DNA of 64,000 bases from an uncultured delta proteobacterium. Its GTDB lineage: Bacteria; Desulfobacterota; Desulfobacteria; Desulfobacterales; B30-G6. The stretch lies in contig CAWGLD010000001.1 in NCBI GenBank assembly GCA_963823335.1, positions 288,001 to 352,000 of the forward strand, in the 5' to 3' direction. The notes beneath the pieces were generated by a model, which was not told the origin of the DNA, ran no database searches, and worked only from the letters and a program-made list of their open reading frames with translations. Positions 1 through 10,400 of this stretch are shown here, piece after piece; positions within the stretch are counted from its first letter, which is position 1, and each line of letters starts with the position of its first letter. Position numbers and translations under genes: made by a program.

Positions 1-757
1 AAAAAGCATCCATGGCCATCATCCTTTCCAACAGCCCCTCGATAAATGCCAGTGCGTTGTCGTTCAGGCGCTGGTGATGAATCATGATCCCACAGAATCC
101 ATTCGCAATGCCTGTGGCCAATTCAGTATAAAGATTTTTCCATCCCATAACAACCGAACGCTCCTTGCGGGTGTGCAGATCCACATTTATCTGAAAATCG
201 GGCATGTCCGCCGGGGCAAGGGGAGATGCACCCCGGCTCCTGGAAATCGCCAGGTATCCTGAGGAGATAAGAACGCCCAGGGTTTCTTCTGAACAACGGT
301 TCCAGGGCGGTGTAAATGCTGGAAAGAAAGCGTCCTGCATCAATGACCTCAGTCGCTCTCCCCCGCGCATAAGATCCTGTTCGATCTCCGCCATGGACCG
401 CGCCGGGCCAAACTCCTGTTTTTTCCCGCTGGGCTCATGGTTCGTGTGCCGCCAGCCATGCTGGTAAAAGCACCAGAGATTGGAATGCTTGTTGCACAGA
501 CGTTCAATGCTCTTCCAGCGGGTCTCCGTAAGCCATGTGGGCACCACAGACATGGAAAGCGGCACCTGATAACGGGAAAAAACATCCACAAGTTCACGAA
601 ATCGCTTCCCGGGAACGGCAACATCGTCCGCCCGAAAAAAAACCGGTATCGGGTCCTGACCATCGGCTGCAGCCAGCGCCTCTGTCAAACAACGATCGAG
701 ATCCATTTTTAGATCACGACAGTCATGGTTCCATATCACTGAAATGGGATAGGGCAT
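1..757 (-). CDS. polysaccharide deacetylase family protein (3' end runs off the window)
   Basis: Manual translation from ATG 757: MPYPISVIWNHDCRDLKMDLDRCLTEALAAADGQDPIPVFFRADDVAVPG...VPLSMSVVPTWL; the FFRADD motif fits a NodB-like domain. Not in the ORF track because it has no stop in the window. Confidence 0.7.
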   Translation of the reverse strand, partial: MPYPISVIWNHDCRDLKMDLDRCLTEALAAADGQDPIPVFFRADDVAVPGKRFRELVDVFSRYQVPLSMSVVPTWLTETRWKSIERLCNKHSNLWCFYQHGWRHTNHEPSGKKQEFGPARSMAEIEQDLMRGGERLRSLMQDAFFPAFTPPWNRCSEETLGVLISSGYLAISRSRGASPLAPADMPDFQINVDLHTRKERSVVMGWKNLYTELATGIANGFCGIMIHHQRLNDNALAFIEGLLERMMAMDAF

Positions 758-897
758 GGTAATTGCTCCAGATAAGAACAAAGGGTTCAGGGGTGAAGGT
801 TTGGAGGGTTTGAGGGGGTAATGTTCGAGCTATTGGTAATATGCATGATGCTGTCTATCGCTAACGCCATAGATCTTACCCACCAACCCTCCATCTC

Positions 898-2055
898 TCA
901 AACCCTCCAACCCTGTATCTCTGCTACCCAGGCAGCAGTTTTTTTCGCACCATCCAAATCTATGTCACCTGCAGGCCGTTCCTTTTCCTTCAGCATCCGT
1001 GTCATCAAACCGGCCAGCCGCGCCGGGTCCATATCTTTGTCCGAAAGTATCTGCAGGCCTCCCCGTCTCGCCAAGCTTTCCACCCGGAGGCGCTGTTCCC
1101 GGTTCTGTGAAAACGGCCAGACAAGTGCGGGAACTCCGGCTGCCATGATATTCATGCTGGTGTTATAGCCTGCCATGCTCACGGACAGATCTGCAGCGTC
1201 GAGAAAGGAAAGAAAGTCAGGTGTGAAACGATTCACGTGAATAACCGGACTCTCGAAAGATTTCAAATCGGAAAAGGATCCCTCGTCCAGAAAAGGACCC
1301 GTAAAAACCTGCAACCGGCAGTTTCTGGGCAACTGCGCAAAGGCCTTTACAACGGCTGCCAACAATTCGCCCCCCACCTTTCCACCGCCGGCACTGGCGA
1401 CAACAAAACAGTCGTTATGGCCGATACCCAGCTTTGTTCGGAGATCTTTCCCGGATCCCGGCACGGGTTTCGGTGTAACGAAACCCGTGTAGATGATGGG
1501 AATCGAGATGTCAACCAGCCGTGAAAACGTGGCATCCAGTTTTAAAAACCCGGGATCCGAATGAATCAGCAACGTATCGAAATAGCGATTCAACCGCTTG
1601 ATCACACCTTCTTCATAGGATGCCGCGTTCTCTTTTTCCACCAGGACATCTCTGAGGCTGCAGACAACCCGACAGGGCCGCAGGGAGCCGTCGCGGATAC
1701 TCTCGAGAATCGGATCGAGTTCAAACCGGAATGCCTTGCGCCCAAAAGGATAGAGCTCTGTCATGAAGACATCCGGCGCCGTCTCTTCAAAAAGACGGAA
1801 GAGCATTCTCTGCCGCTCCTTTTTTACCGCATCGACGTGTTTTCCCTTTTCCGTCGAGAACATATTTTTAAAGTCTTCGTTCATCATCAACCCTGGAAGA
1901 CGCAGTTCCCGAACATGTCCCGGCAGAGGGATATCGGGTCTCTCGCCACCCGAAACCAGCGTGACACCGTGATCTTTCAGCTTATCACAGATCTCGCGAG
2001 TTCGGAAAAAATGGCCGATTCCGAGAACATGCTGACAGTAGAATACAATTTTCAC
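898..2055 (-). CDS. glycosyltransferase (GT-B fold, GT28 C-terminal-like)
   Basis: 385 aa; N-terminal YCQHVLGIGH, ELYPFGR, SAGGG, SMAGYNT and EQRLR motifs. Confidence 0.85.
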   Translation of the reverse strand: MKIVFYCQHVLGIGHFFRTREICDKLKDHGVTLVSGGERPDIPLPGHVRELRLPGLMMNEDFKNMFSTEKGKHVDAVKKERQRMLFRLFEETAPDVFMTELYPFGRKAFRFELDPILESIRDGSLRPCRVVCSLRDVLVEKENAASYEEGVIKRLNRYFDTLLIHSDPGFLKLDATFSRLVDISIPIIYTGFVTPKPVPGSGKDLRTKLGIGHNDCFVVASAGGGKVGGELLAAVVKAFAQLPRNCRLQVFTGPFLDEGSFSDLKSFESPVIHVNRFTPDFLSFLDAADLSVSMAGYNTSMNIMAAGVPALVWPFSQNREQRLRVESLARRGGLQILSDKDMDPARLAGLMTRMLKEKERPAGDIDLDGAKKTAAWVAEIQGWRV

Positions 2056-2141
2056 GGCATCATCTCCAGATAGGTGTTATCCTGAAACGCTCAGACGTTA
2101 AGCCATAAACGGTAAGCTACAAGCTGTAAGCCGCTTAGAGC

Positions 2142-2759
2142 TTACAGCTCAATCGCGTTCACTCGCTCGATCTCCAATCCCGTCTCCCCGACTTCGAGCC
2201 AGTGCAAATGACGTGGTTTGATCATGGCCGGCTCCTGGGGTAGAAATTTTCTTTGGGCCAGACCATAGAGAAGACACTTGATAACGCCTTGGTGGGTGAC
2301 CGTCAAAATCGTTTCCCCCGGCCACCTCCTGGATGCGTCTTCCAGGGCATTCCGGCTCCTCAGCCAGAGAGCCCTGCGGCTTTCACCGCCAGGCGGACAA
2401 AATTGCCAACCGGCCTGTTCCATGATTCTCAGTTCTCCCGGAATCTGGTCCCGAATATCTCGAATCCGCCTGCCAGTCCAGACGCCCCAGTCCAGTTCAC
2501 GCAGCTGGGACATTTTTTCCATGGGCACCTTCAAGACCCGGTTGATCCATTCGGCCGTGGCAACCGTTCGACCCAGGTCACTGGTGATCATACGATCAAA
2601 GGGCACGGCCGCCAGTTGCTCTCCCCAGGTCCGGGACTGCGTCCTTCCTTTCGTGGTGAGAGGCGAATCCTCTTGCCCCTGGATCATTTTGTCCAGATTC
2701 CACACCGTCTGTGCGTGTCTTATCAAACCGAAGCGCGTGGGGGATTCTCTATCCAACAT
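2142..2759 (-). CDS. histidine phosphatase (phosphoglycerate mutase family)
   Basis: 205 aa; LIRHAQT (RHG-like), SDLGR, LRELDWG, GGES and VTHQG. Confidence 0.9.
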   Translation of the reverse strand: MLDRESPTRFGLIRHAQTVWNLDKMIQGQEDSPLTTKGRTQSRTWGEQLAAVPFDRMITSDLGRTVATAEWINRVLKVPMEKMSQLRELDWGVWTGRRIRDIRDQIPGELRIMEQAGWQFCPPGGESRRALWLRSRNALEDASRRWPGETILTVTHQGVIKCLLYGLAQRKFLPQEPAMIKPRHLHWLEVGETGLEIERVNAIEL

Positions 2760-2798
2760 GGCAGTTTTAAGTTTTAAGGTTTAGGTTTCGTTAAGAGT

Positions 2799-4082
2799 CT
2801 ACCGATTCCTGATTTCTCTTGGCATTAGTCTCAATTCCGGCACCTCTTTGCGATAAATAGAAAACAGATCCTCGATGAGAGCCCGGTTGTTGAAAGCCCG
2901 GTGGACCTTTTCTTTTCCGGAATGAATAATCTCTTCCCGCAGGTGTCTATCCGTAAGAATGCGCAGCATGGCGTCCGCCATTTCCTCGTCATTTCCCGGC
3001 TGAACCAGGAGACCGGTCTTGCCGTCCTCGATCAACTCCGGAATAGCTGAAAGTCGCGTCCCCACAACCGGCAGCCCCATTGCCAGGCACTCCACAAAGA
3101 CATTCGGTATGCCGTCCTGATCACCGTTGGCGGCCTGCTCGCAGCCCAGAACAAAAAGGTCCGAGCGGCGATAATAATCCAGAACACGCTCGTGGGTGAG
3201 GGTGCCCACCCATTGGCATGACCCGCAAAGACCGAGATCGCGAATCAAGGTCAAGAGCTTGTTCCTATCATCACCGTCTCCAATGAGTGTGTGTTGAAAA
3301 TCGACACCCTTACGCTGCAGCCGTTGTAGCGCCCGGTATACTGTGGGAAGACCTTTTTTGGGAACCAGACGCGCCACCGTTACAAAATAATAGGGCGCCA
3401 TTGGATTCCTGCGGGCCTCCCCGCCGGAAAAAAGGCCCAGATCAATGCCATGATACATCCGGTACAGGGAAACATCGCCATGGCCGTTCAGACGTGAAAG
3501 GTGGCGTCGGTTGTACTCCGTACAGGTGACCACAAAACGAGCTTTGGTCATTTTCTCCTTCAACTGCAGCGAGTTCGAGGTATAGATATCCTTGGCATGT
3601 CCCGTAAAACTGAAGTCGATTCCGCTCAACTGGCTCGCGAACATGGCCACTGAAGACGGCGAGTGTGCAAAATGTGCGTGAAAGTGAACCACACGGCTGC
3701 CCGGCAGCAATTTCTGGACCAGATAACCGGCCTGAAGCAAATGTTTGATGGTGGCTGATTTGTGGGTTCGCAGAAATCTCCGGAACGCCACCAGGCATGC
3801 ACGCAGATAAGCACCGGGTTTCTTTATGGCCAGAACGATATTGTAAAACAGGAGTTGCGGCAATGCTTCCAGGATTGACTGAGGCAGGTAATCTACCCTG
3901 GCCTTGATCTGTTGGACGCTTTTATGAGAAAAGGATTCCCGGGGATGACGCATGGAAAAAATATGAATAAAAATTCCCTGTTGTTCCAGCAGCAGAATCT
4001 CGTTCGATATAAAACTTTCTGAAATCCTTGGATAACCCTTTAGAATCATTCCGAGAAAAGGCTTTGTGCTCTGCAGTGTCAT
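2799..4082 (-). CDS. glycosyltransferase family 4 (WcaL-like)
   Basis: 427 aa; YPRISESFI, HAHFAH, ARLVPKKG and DGIPNVFVE (D/E-x7-E). Confidence 0.9.
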   Translation of the reverse strand: MTLQSTKPFLGMILKGYPRISESFISNEILLLEQQGIFIHIFSMRHPRESFSHKSVQQIKARVDYLPQSILEALPQLLFYNIVLAIKKPGAYLRACLVAFRRFLRTHKSATIKHLLQAGYLVQKLLPGSRVVHFHAHFAHSPSSVAMFASQLSGIDFSFTGHAKDIYTSNSLQLKEKMTKARFVVTCTEYNRRHLSRLNGHGDVSLYRMYHGIDLGLFSGGEARRNPMAPYYFVTVARLVPKKGLPTVYRALQRLQRKGVDFQHTLIGDGDDRNKLLTLIRDLGLCGSCQWVGTLTHERVLDYYRRSDLFVLGCEQAANGDQDGIPNVFVECLAMGLPVVGTRLSAIPELIEDGKTGLLVQPGNDEEMADAMLRILTDRHLREEIIHSGKEKVHRAFNNRALIEDLFSIYRKEVPELRLMPREIRNR

Positions 4083-4654
4083 AGCGTGGTTCCGGTGTCC
4101 TCAGGCAATCGGAATCTGGATCGATGAAGGAAGGTTTCAATGGCTTCCCGGGTCATCTCCTCTCTTTCACCGACCTTTCTGGCAGGATTCCCTGCCCAGA
4201 TTTCGAAAGGACCTGGGTTTTTTGTCAGCACAGAACCGGCGCCCAGTACAAATCCATCCGGCAGATGCGTGGCCTGATACAACACCATCGACCCGTCATG
4301 AATCCACACATCGGCCCCGATCTCCTTGTCCTGCCACAACACCCCCAGCGCATTCTCCAGCAGGGCCAGCGGCTGTTTTCCTAAATGAAGGGTGTCGTGG
4401 GTGTAGATCCGGACACGCGGGCCGATGTTACACCACGGGCCTACCCGGATAGATCCGGTACAATCCAATAGGGAAAACGGACTGATAGCCAGATTTGTTT
4501 CCAGACCGGGTGTCTCATAAGCCTTTGGTGAGACAATCAACCGTCCCTTGTGAACATGTTTGTGCGGATACCTCACCGCCCTTTCCAGAGCTGCCTGCAG
4601 CTGGTCTTTCGTCATGGTAGCGGCATCCGGTTTCATTTTCCGTTCAGGTCTCAT
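4079..4654 (-). CDS. hexapeptide-repeat (left-handed beta helix) acyltransferase
   Basis: 191 aa; IGPRVRIYTH, IGADVWI, GAGSVLTK and AGNPARKV. Confidence 0.85.
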   Translation of the reverse strand: MRPERKMKPDAATMTKDQLQAALERAVRYPHKHVHKGRLIVSPKAYETPGLETNLAISPFSLLDCTGSIRVGPWCNIGPRVRIYTHDTLHLGKQPLALLENALGVLWQDKEIGADVWIHDGSMVLYQATHLPDGFVLGAGSVLTKNPGPFEIWAGNPARKVGEREEMTREAIETFLHRSRFRLPEDTGTTL

Positions 4655-4703
4655 AAAGTTCTTTTTTTTAGCTGTTAGCCATAAGCCATAAGCTGCTGAC
4701 TGC

Positions 4704-5678
4704 TTATGGCTTATGGCTTATGGCTTGCGAAGCCGAATAAAAACGATAAAACTGCTTCATGATAAACGCCACAGTTTCCCGGTTGACATGGAAATTCTCC
4801 TTGCCCTCCGCAAAATAGGTTTTTCCCATCAGCATGCGGTAGATGGTTGCCATTTCAAACGCCGGGAAATAGTACACATTCTCGTGTCGGGAAACAAATT
4901 CATCCGCTGCAGCACGTAATGTGGATTTGGAGTTACAACTGGCACTGATCACATCCAGATCCTGGCGAAACGTTGCCCAGAGGTGCACCGGCGAAACCGT
5001 GACAAGAAGCTGGCATTCAGGGTTGTGCTGCAACATCAACGCATGGATTCTTTCCAGGTTGTCCATGTTCTCCGTATACCGGCTGACGCGGAACCGATAC
5101 CTGTCCATGCTGCCGCCTTCCTTGACATAGGGGCCCGAGGGCAGGCAGATGACGGAGCCATCCATTGTGTCCTCCCATATCTCCGTGAGCCCGAGGGTCA
5201 GAATAAGAACCCGGGCGCGTTTCAGCGCACGTCGGCTGCAGACAATGTGGTGGCTAAAATCCTTTTCCGCCGCCGGAATGGATTCATATAGAATAATCCT
5301 GCGGTATGGATCTTGAATTTTACCTGACAACGGTGCCGTCCACCAGCGGATGTCCGGTATGAAAGAAGCGAACGTATATTCGAATATCTGCCGCATGGCG
5401 AATGTATTGTACGTTCTTTCCCAGGCCGCGCTGGCATGAACGGATGCCGGATGTTCCACCTCTTCCGCAATATAGGCATATCCCTCCTTGATCAGCGATT
5501 TGCGGATCTCGCGTGCAAAACAAGAGCCCATGGAAGCAATGGGTGTTTCCGGTGAAATTGCCAAGCCTGTCTGGTCGGGAAAGGAATACAGACCGTCAGC
5601 CGGCGGGTTGTCATAACTGCCGGGCCAAACCTGCCATTGCTCAAATTTGTGACCCGGATGGACCTCTGATTTTGCCAT
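4704..5678 (-). CDS. GSCFA domain-containing protein (SGNH-like)
   Basis: 324 aa; literal SMGSCFA motif plus TLGLTE, VTVSPV, SKSTLR and YFPAFE. Confidence 0.9.
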   Translation of the reverse strand: MAKSEVHPGHKFEQWQVWPGSYDNPPADGLYSFPDQTGLAISPETPIASMGSCFAREIRKSLIKEGYAYIAEEVEHPASVHASAAWERTYNTFAMRQIFEYTFASFIPDIRWWTAPLSGKIQDPYRRIILYESIPAAEKDFSHHIVCSRRALKRARVLILTLGLTEIWEDTMDGSVICLPSGPYVKEGGSMDRYRFRVSRYTENMDNLERIHALMLQHNPECQLLVTVSPVHLWATFRQDLDVISASCNSKSTLRAAADEFVSRHENVYYFPAFEMATIYRMLMGKTYFAEGKENFHVNRETVAFIMKQFYRFYSASQAISHKP

Positions 5679-5919
5679 GCATATAACCCTGAATTATTCC
5701 CCTGATACCATTTGTGAATAAAAATGTACTTTACCATACTCGTATCTGATCTAAAAGCCACTTTTATTCTGTTCTCAAAAATGGAGAAATATGTTAACAA
5801 TAGCCTTGTAAACGCAATTTTAAGAGACCGTGACCTTGTCACTGAATGCAGAAAGGTCTATTGCACCCCTGGAACGGGTTGCCGTCAGGGAGCATAGGGT
5901 CGTATATAAGGATTAAAAT

Positions 5920-6609
5920 ATGCCGGCGGGTCTAGAGAAAAAATCGTCTTTCGGGCAAATAGAACGACAGGTGGTGCTACCGTTCGGGAAATCGATCGAA
6001 ATCGCCTTCAAAAGCATCCGAGTTCGCTTTGTCCGATCCATGATAACCACCCTAAGCCTGGTCCTGGCCGTGGCTTTCTTAAGCTATACCAATGTAAATA
6101 TCGATGTTGTCAACGGCCTGCTCGCCACTGGAAATGACGATATTCGGCAGCGGGTTACCCGCTCGGGATATGATGTACAACCCACAGGTGACCAGGTAGA
6201 AAACACCCCCAAACAGAGATGGATCGTTATTCTATCACTGCTGGTGTGCGTTGTGGGGATCGTCAATGCCCAGCTCATGTCGGTAACCGAACGGTTCAGA
6301 GAAATAGGTACCATGAAATGCCTCGGTGCCCTGGATCGTTTCATCCTGAGGTTGTTTCTTCTGGAAGCAGGTATGCAGGGTCTGGTGGGCGCAGGGCTCG
6401 GCGCACTCCTGGGCGCCCTCTTTGCCATCACCTCCGGTGTCATACAGTTTGGCACCCCAGTCATTACAAATCTTCTCTGGGGGGACATGCTTGGGTCCAT
6501 GGGCCTGGCAACCGGTGTCGGCTGTCTCTTAAGTCTTGCAGGCGTTCTATACCCTGCCATGATGGCGGCAAGGATGCAGCCGGTTGAAGCCATGCGGGTG
6601 GAAGAATAA
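5920..6609 (+). CDS. FtsX-like/MacB-type ABC permease
   Basis: 229 aa; GIVNAQLMSVTERFREIGTMKCLGA and C-terminal PVEAMR. Confidence 0.9.
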   Translation: MPAGLEKKSSFGQIERQVVLPFGKSIEIAFKSIRVRFVRSMITTLSLVLAVAFLSYTNVNIDVVNGLLATGNDDIRQRVTRSGYDVQPTGDQVENTPKQRWIVILSLLVCVVGIVNAQLMSVTERFREIGTMKCLGALDRFILRLFLLEAGMQGLVGAGLGALLGALFAITSGVIQFGTPVITNLLWGDMLGSMGLATGVGCLLSLAGVLYPAMMAARMQPVEAMRVEE

Positions 6610-6680
6610 AACCGTTACACGATTTTATAAAACGCGACGTTGTCGCTCTTATTTCGAACCGTTGTCAAGGATAAAACGCT

Positions 6681-7415
6681 ATGGCAGTCAACAGCAGTAT
6701 TGTTCGCGTTTCCAAAGTCACAAAAACCTTTCGACTCGGCAAAATCGAGGTTCAGGCGCTGAAAGGCGTGGACCTGGAAATTGCCTCTGGAAAATACATA
6801 TCCATCATGGGACCTTCCGGATCAGGAAAGAGTACTTTGTTCAATATGATCGGCGGCCTGGATAAACCCACCTCTGGAAAGGTCTTTATCGACGAAGTCG
6901 ATATTGCCCAACTGGATGCATATGAACTGGCATGGCTTCGCTGCCGGAAGATCGGCTACATATTTCAGACTTTCAATATCATACAGGTCATGACCGCCCT
7001 CGAAAACGTCACCCTGCCGATGATTTTTGCCGGCGTTCCCAATGAGACCGCCGTTGAAAAGGGTATGGGGCTGATGAATCTGGTAGGTCTGGGGGATCGC
7101 TTTAACCACAAACCCTTTGAGTTGTCGGGAGGACAGCAGCAGCGTGTTGCCATCGCCCGGGCACTGGCCAATGACCCGGCCATCATTCTGGCGGATGAAC
7201 CCACCGGCAACCTTGACCTGACCACCGGTGAGGAGATCATCACTTTGTTGAAACGCTTGAGCGCTGAACGTGGTGTCACGATTATCTCCGCCACCCATGA
7301 TTTCAAAATGCTGAACGTCTCGGATCAGGTTATCTGGATCCGGGATGGTCGTGTGGACAAAATCGAAGAGCGGGAGGAACTATCCATATCCATCGGTACA
7401 ATCGACACACGCTAG
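6681..7415 (+). CDS. ABC ATP-binding protein (LolD/MacB type)
   Basis: Walker A GPSGSGKST, signature LSGGQQQR, Walker B ILADEPTGNLD. Confidence 0.95.
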   Translation: MAVNSSIVRVSKVTKTFRLGKIEVQALKGVDLEIASGKYISIMGPSGSGKSTLFNMIGGLDKPTSGKVFIDEVDIAQLDAYELAWLRCRKIGYIFQTFNIIQVMTALENVTLPMIFAGVPNETAVEKGMGLMNLVGLGDRFNHKPFELSGGQQQRVAIARALANDPAIILADEPTGNLDLTTGEEIITLLKRLSAERGVTIISATHDFKMLNVSDQVIWIRDGRVDKIEEREELSISIGTIDTR

Positions 7416-7497
7416 CGTCATGTAGCGATGGTATCTGTCGTTGCCATAAGCATATTTTTTTCACTTATAACCACAAACTCTGTATCGGTGTCATTTT

Positions 7498-10400
7498 ATG
7501 GACCGAAAAAAATACCAGCGAACCAGGTCTAACGTTGCCGACAGCCTGTCTGTCAAAAGGGGTGCTTGCATTCTTCAAGGAAACCTGTTTGGCCTCGTAA
7601 TCACGCTGGCATTGTGCCTTTTGGGTTTGTCGGCCGTTGGCGATGGTATTGCTGCAACCGACTCCATGGATGGGGATCAGTTTTTTAAAGATATTCAGGC
7701 ATTATCCGCTGTTCAGGACAGAAGTACCGGGACCCCCGGCAATGTAACGGCTGCCGAGTACATCAAGAATCGTCTGTCCGGAATGGGATTCGAGATCATC
7801 GGGTCCCAGCGATTTTCCGTACCGGTAATGCATCATCGTGACAGCAGACTCCGGATATCTGACACCGGCCCATCAATTTCAATCCTGCCATACTTTGGAA
7901 ACGCCGTATCACCCCAGGCAATCCCTGCCCCTGGGATAAAGTCCCCCCTGATCTACGCCGGTACCGGTGAACCTCAGGAATATAATGGAAAAAAAGTCGA
8001 AGGTGCGATTGTCCTGATGGAGCTCGATTCGGGCAAAAATTGGGAATATGCCGCCACCATGGGCGCCCGGGCGGCAATCTATGTGGACCGTGGAAATTCA
8101 CCCAACATCCTTTTTAAGGATAAGTTTGAACTTTCACCGGTTCAGTTTCCCCGATTCTGGATACCCCTTGACCAGGCAAGAGACCTGTTTGGGCTCTTTG
8201 AAAATCCAGCCTTGACCCGGGTGGCGGAACAGATCACCCTGACATCGGATATCCGCTGGCAGACGGAATTAGCTGAAAATATTTACTGCCTGATTCCCGG
8301 CTTAGACCCGGAGCAAAAAAATGAGATGGTCATGCTCGAGGCCTTCTACGACAGCTCCATCAACGTGGCCGGGCTATCTCCAGGCGCCGATGAAGCCTGC
8401 GGCGTGGCGACACTACTAGAATTTGCCAAGAGAATGAAAGAAAACCCGCCCAAAAAGACGGTACTGCTTGTAGCCAGCGCAGGCCATGCGCAAACGCTTT
8501 CAGGCATGCGTGAGTTTATATGGGGCTTCTCCGAAAGATCCAAGACCGTCAAACAGATGAAAATGGACCTCAGGTCACGGATTGAAGAAACACGCCAAAC
8601 CATCGATGGTTTGACAACCCTTTCTTTCGAAAAGAAGAGATTCCCGGAGGCCGACGTCATGTCCCTTCTTGATGTGGCCATAAAAGAAAGACTCAAAACC
8701 GAGGCAGACAGCGTCTCCCGCCAGCTCATGCAGTTGCGGCTAGAGACAGATAATTCTGTCAAGCCGGAGGCCATCAAGAAACTGGCGGATCAGCGCCAGT
8801 TGTTGCGACGCCTGACCTGGCGCACCTCTTACGAGAGTGAGAATCTATCCACACAAGAAATGCATCTGCTGGATCAGATTGTTGTCAGAGCAACCGATGA
8901 CAGCAAAGCCGTATTACTGGATATCCAACAGCAATTTGTGTTTATCGAAGATGTGGACAACCTTCGCAGGCATACCCGAGAATATGACCTGGCCGCATCG
9001 GTATCCCTGCATCTCTCGAGCCACGGCACCGGCTTTGGCGCATTCAACTATGGGTGGTTGTACCCCTTCAGACCACGAATCAACCGTGTGTCCAGCTTTA
9101 GCAAACTGGATGAAGCCCTGCGACTGGCAGCCGAAGCAACCGAACAAGAACTTGGTACTAAGGATTTTTTCAAGGATACCCTGCGCCCCAGCAGACAAGG
9201 GTCATGGAAAAATTTCTTTGTGGATCAACCCCCCCTGGGAGGGGAGGTATCGGCCCTGGCCGGGTATCACGGTTTAAGCCTGGTAACGACACACGATGCC
9301 AGATCTTTTTGGGGAACCGCTTCCGACACCCTGGAAAATATGGATCGCCCATATGCTTTGCAGCAGGCCGGTGTCGTCTGCGGGATCATGCAGCGACTGG
9401 TACAATACGGCAAGCTGCACGAGGACATCTACCCCAGAAAAGGCTTTGCCACTTTGGCCGGTAGTGCAAAATTTCTAAGGCATGGAGAACTTTTCGCAGA
9501 CCAGCCTGCACCGGGTACTGTATTGCTTGCCTACCAGGGGCCTGCCAAATTTTATACGATGGTGGATCAGAGCGGTGCCTTCCTTCTCAAAGGTGTCGCC
9601 GACAGCAAGCACAGTTTCCACAAGGTCATTTTAGAAGGATACAAGTTCGATACCCACACCGGTTCCATCGACTGGACCATCGATAAAAATCAGACTGACA
9701 AGGCTGCCTACCGTGTCAAAATGATTCGTCTTGCCATGGAGACGGATTTGAAGATGTTCGCCTGTAAGGGAAGCACGCTGTTCAATCTGCTGGAACCTAG
9801 AACCTTCCGGTATCTGACCAAGAGCCAGGTGCTGGACGGGCGTCGTGAAGCCGAACCGGTTCGATTCTTCTACAGCCGCCTCGACACCTGGTCATCCAAT
9901 ATTTCAACCATTTTTCTCGAACCCGGAACACCGCTCAAGCTGACCCTTTCCGATTCCGCCCTGAATAAGAAACTGATTCTGCTGAATAACACGCCCAAAA
10001 ACCCGCAGGGAACCGGTTACAGGGTCGAAAACTGGCCCACGCTGCATCGTACCGGATATCGCATAGCCAGTGATATGTGGACATTGCTGGTGCCGCGCAT
10101 AAACAATCTGGAAGAAAGCGGCATCATCAACGAGCGTATACAGCAATTGCAAAAAGACGGCCTCACAGCCTTGAAACTTGCGGAAAGCGCATGGAAAGAC
10201 AAGCGCTACGATCGGTTCTTTGAAGCCTCATCCAGATCCTGGGCACTGGCAAGCCGCGTATACGACGACATCGAAAAAACACAGAAAGATGTGCTCTATG
10301 GCGTGTTGTTCTATATCGCCCTGTTTGTCCCCTTCTCGTTCTGTCTTGAAAGACTTCTCTTTTCCTACACCAACATCTATAAACGAATCGCCGCTTTCAG

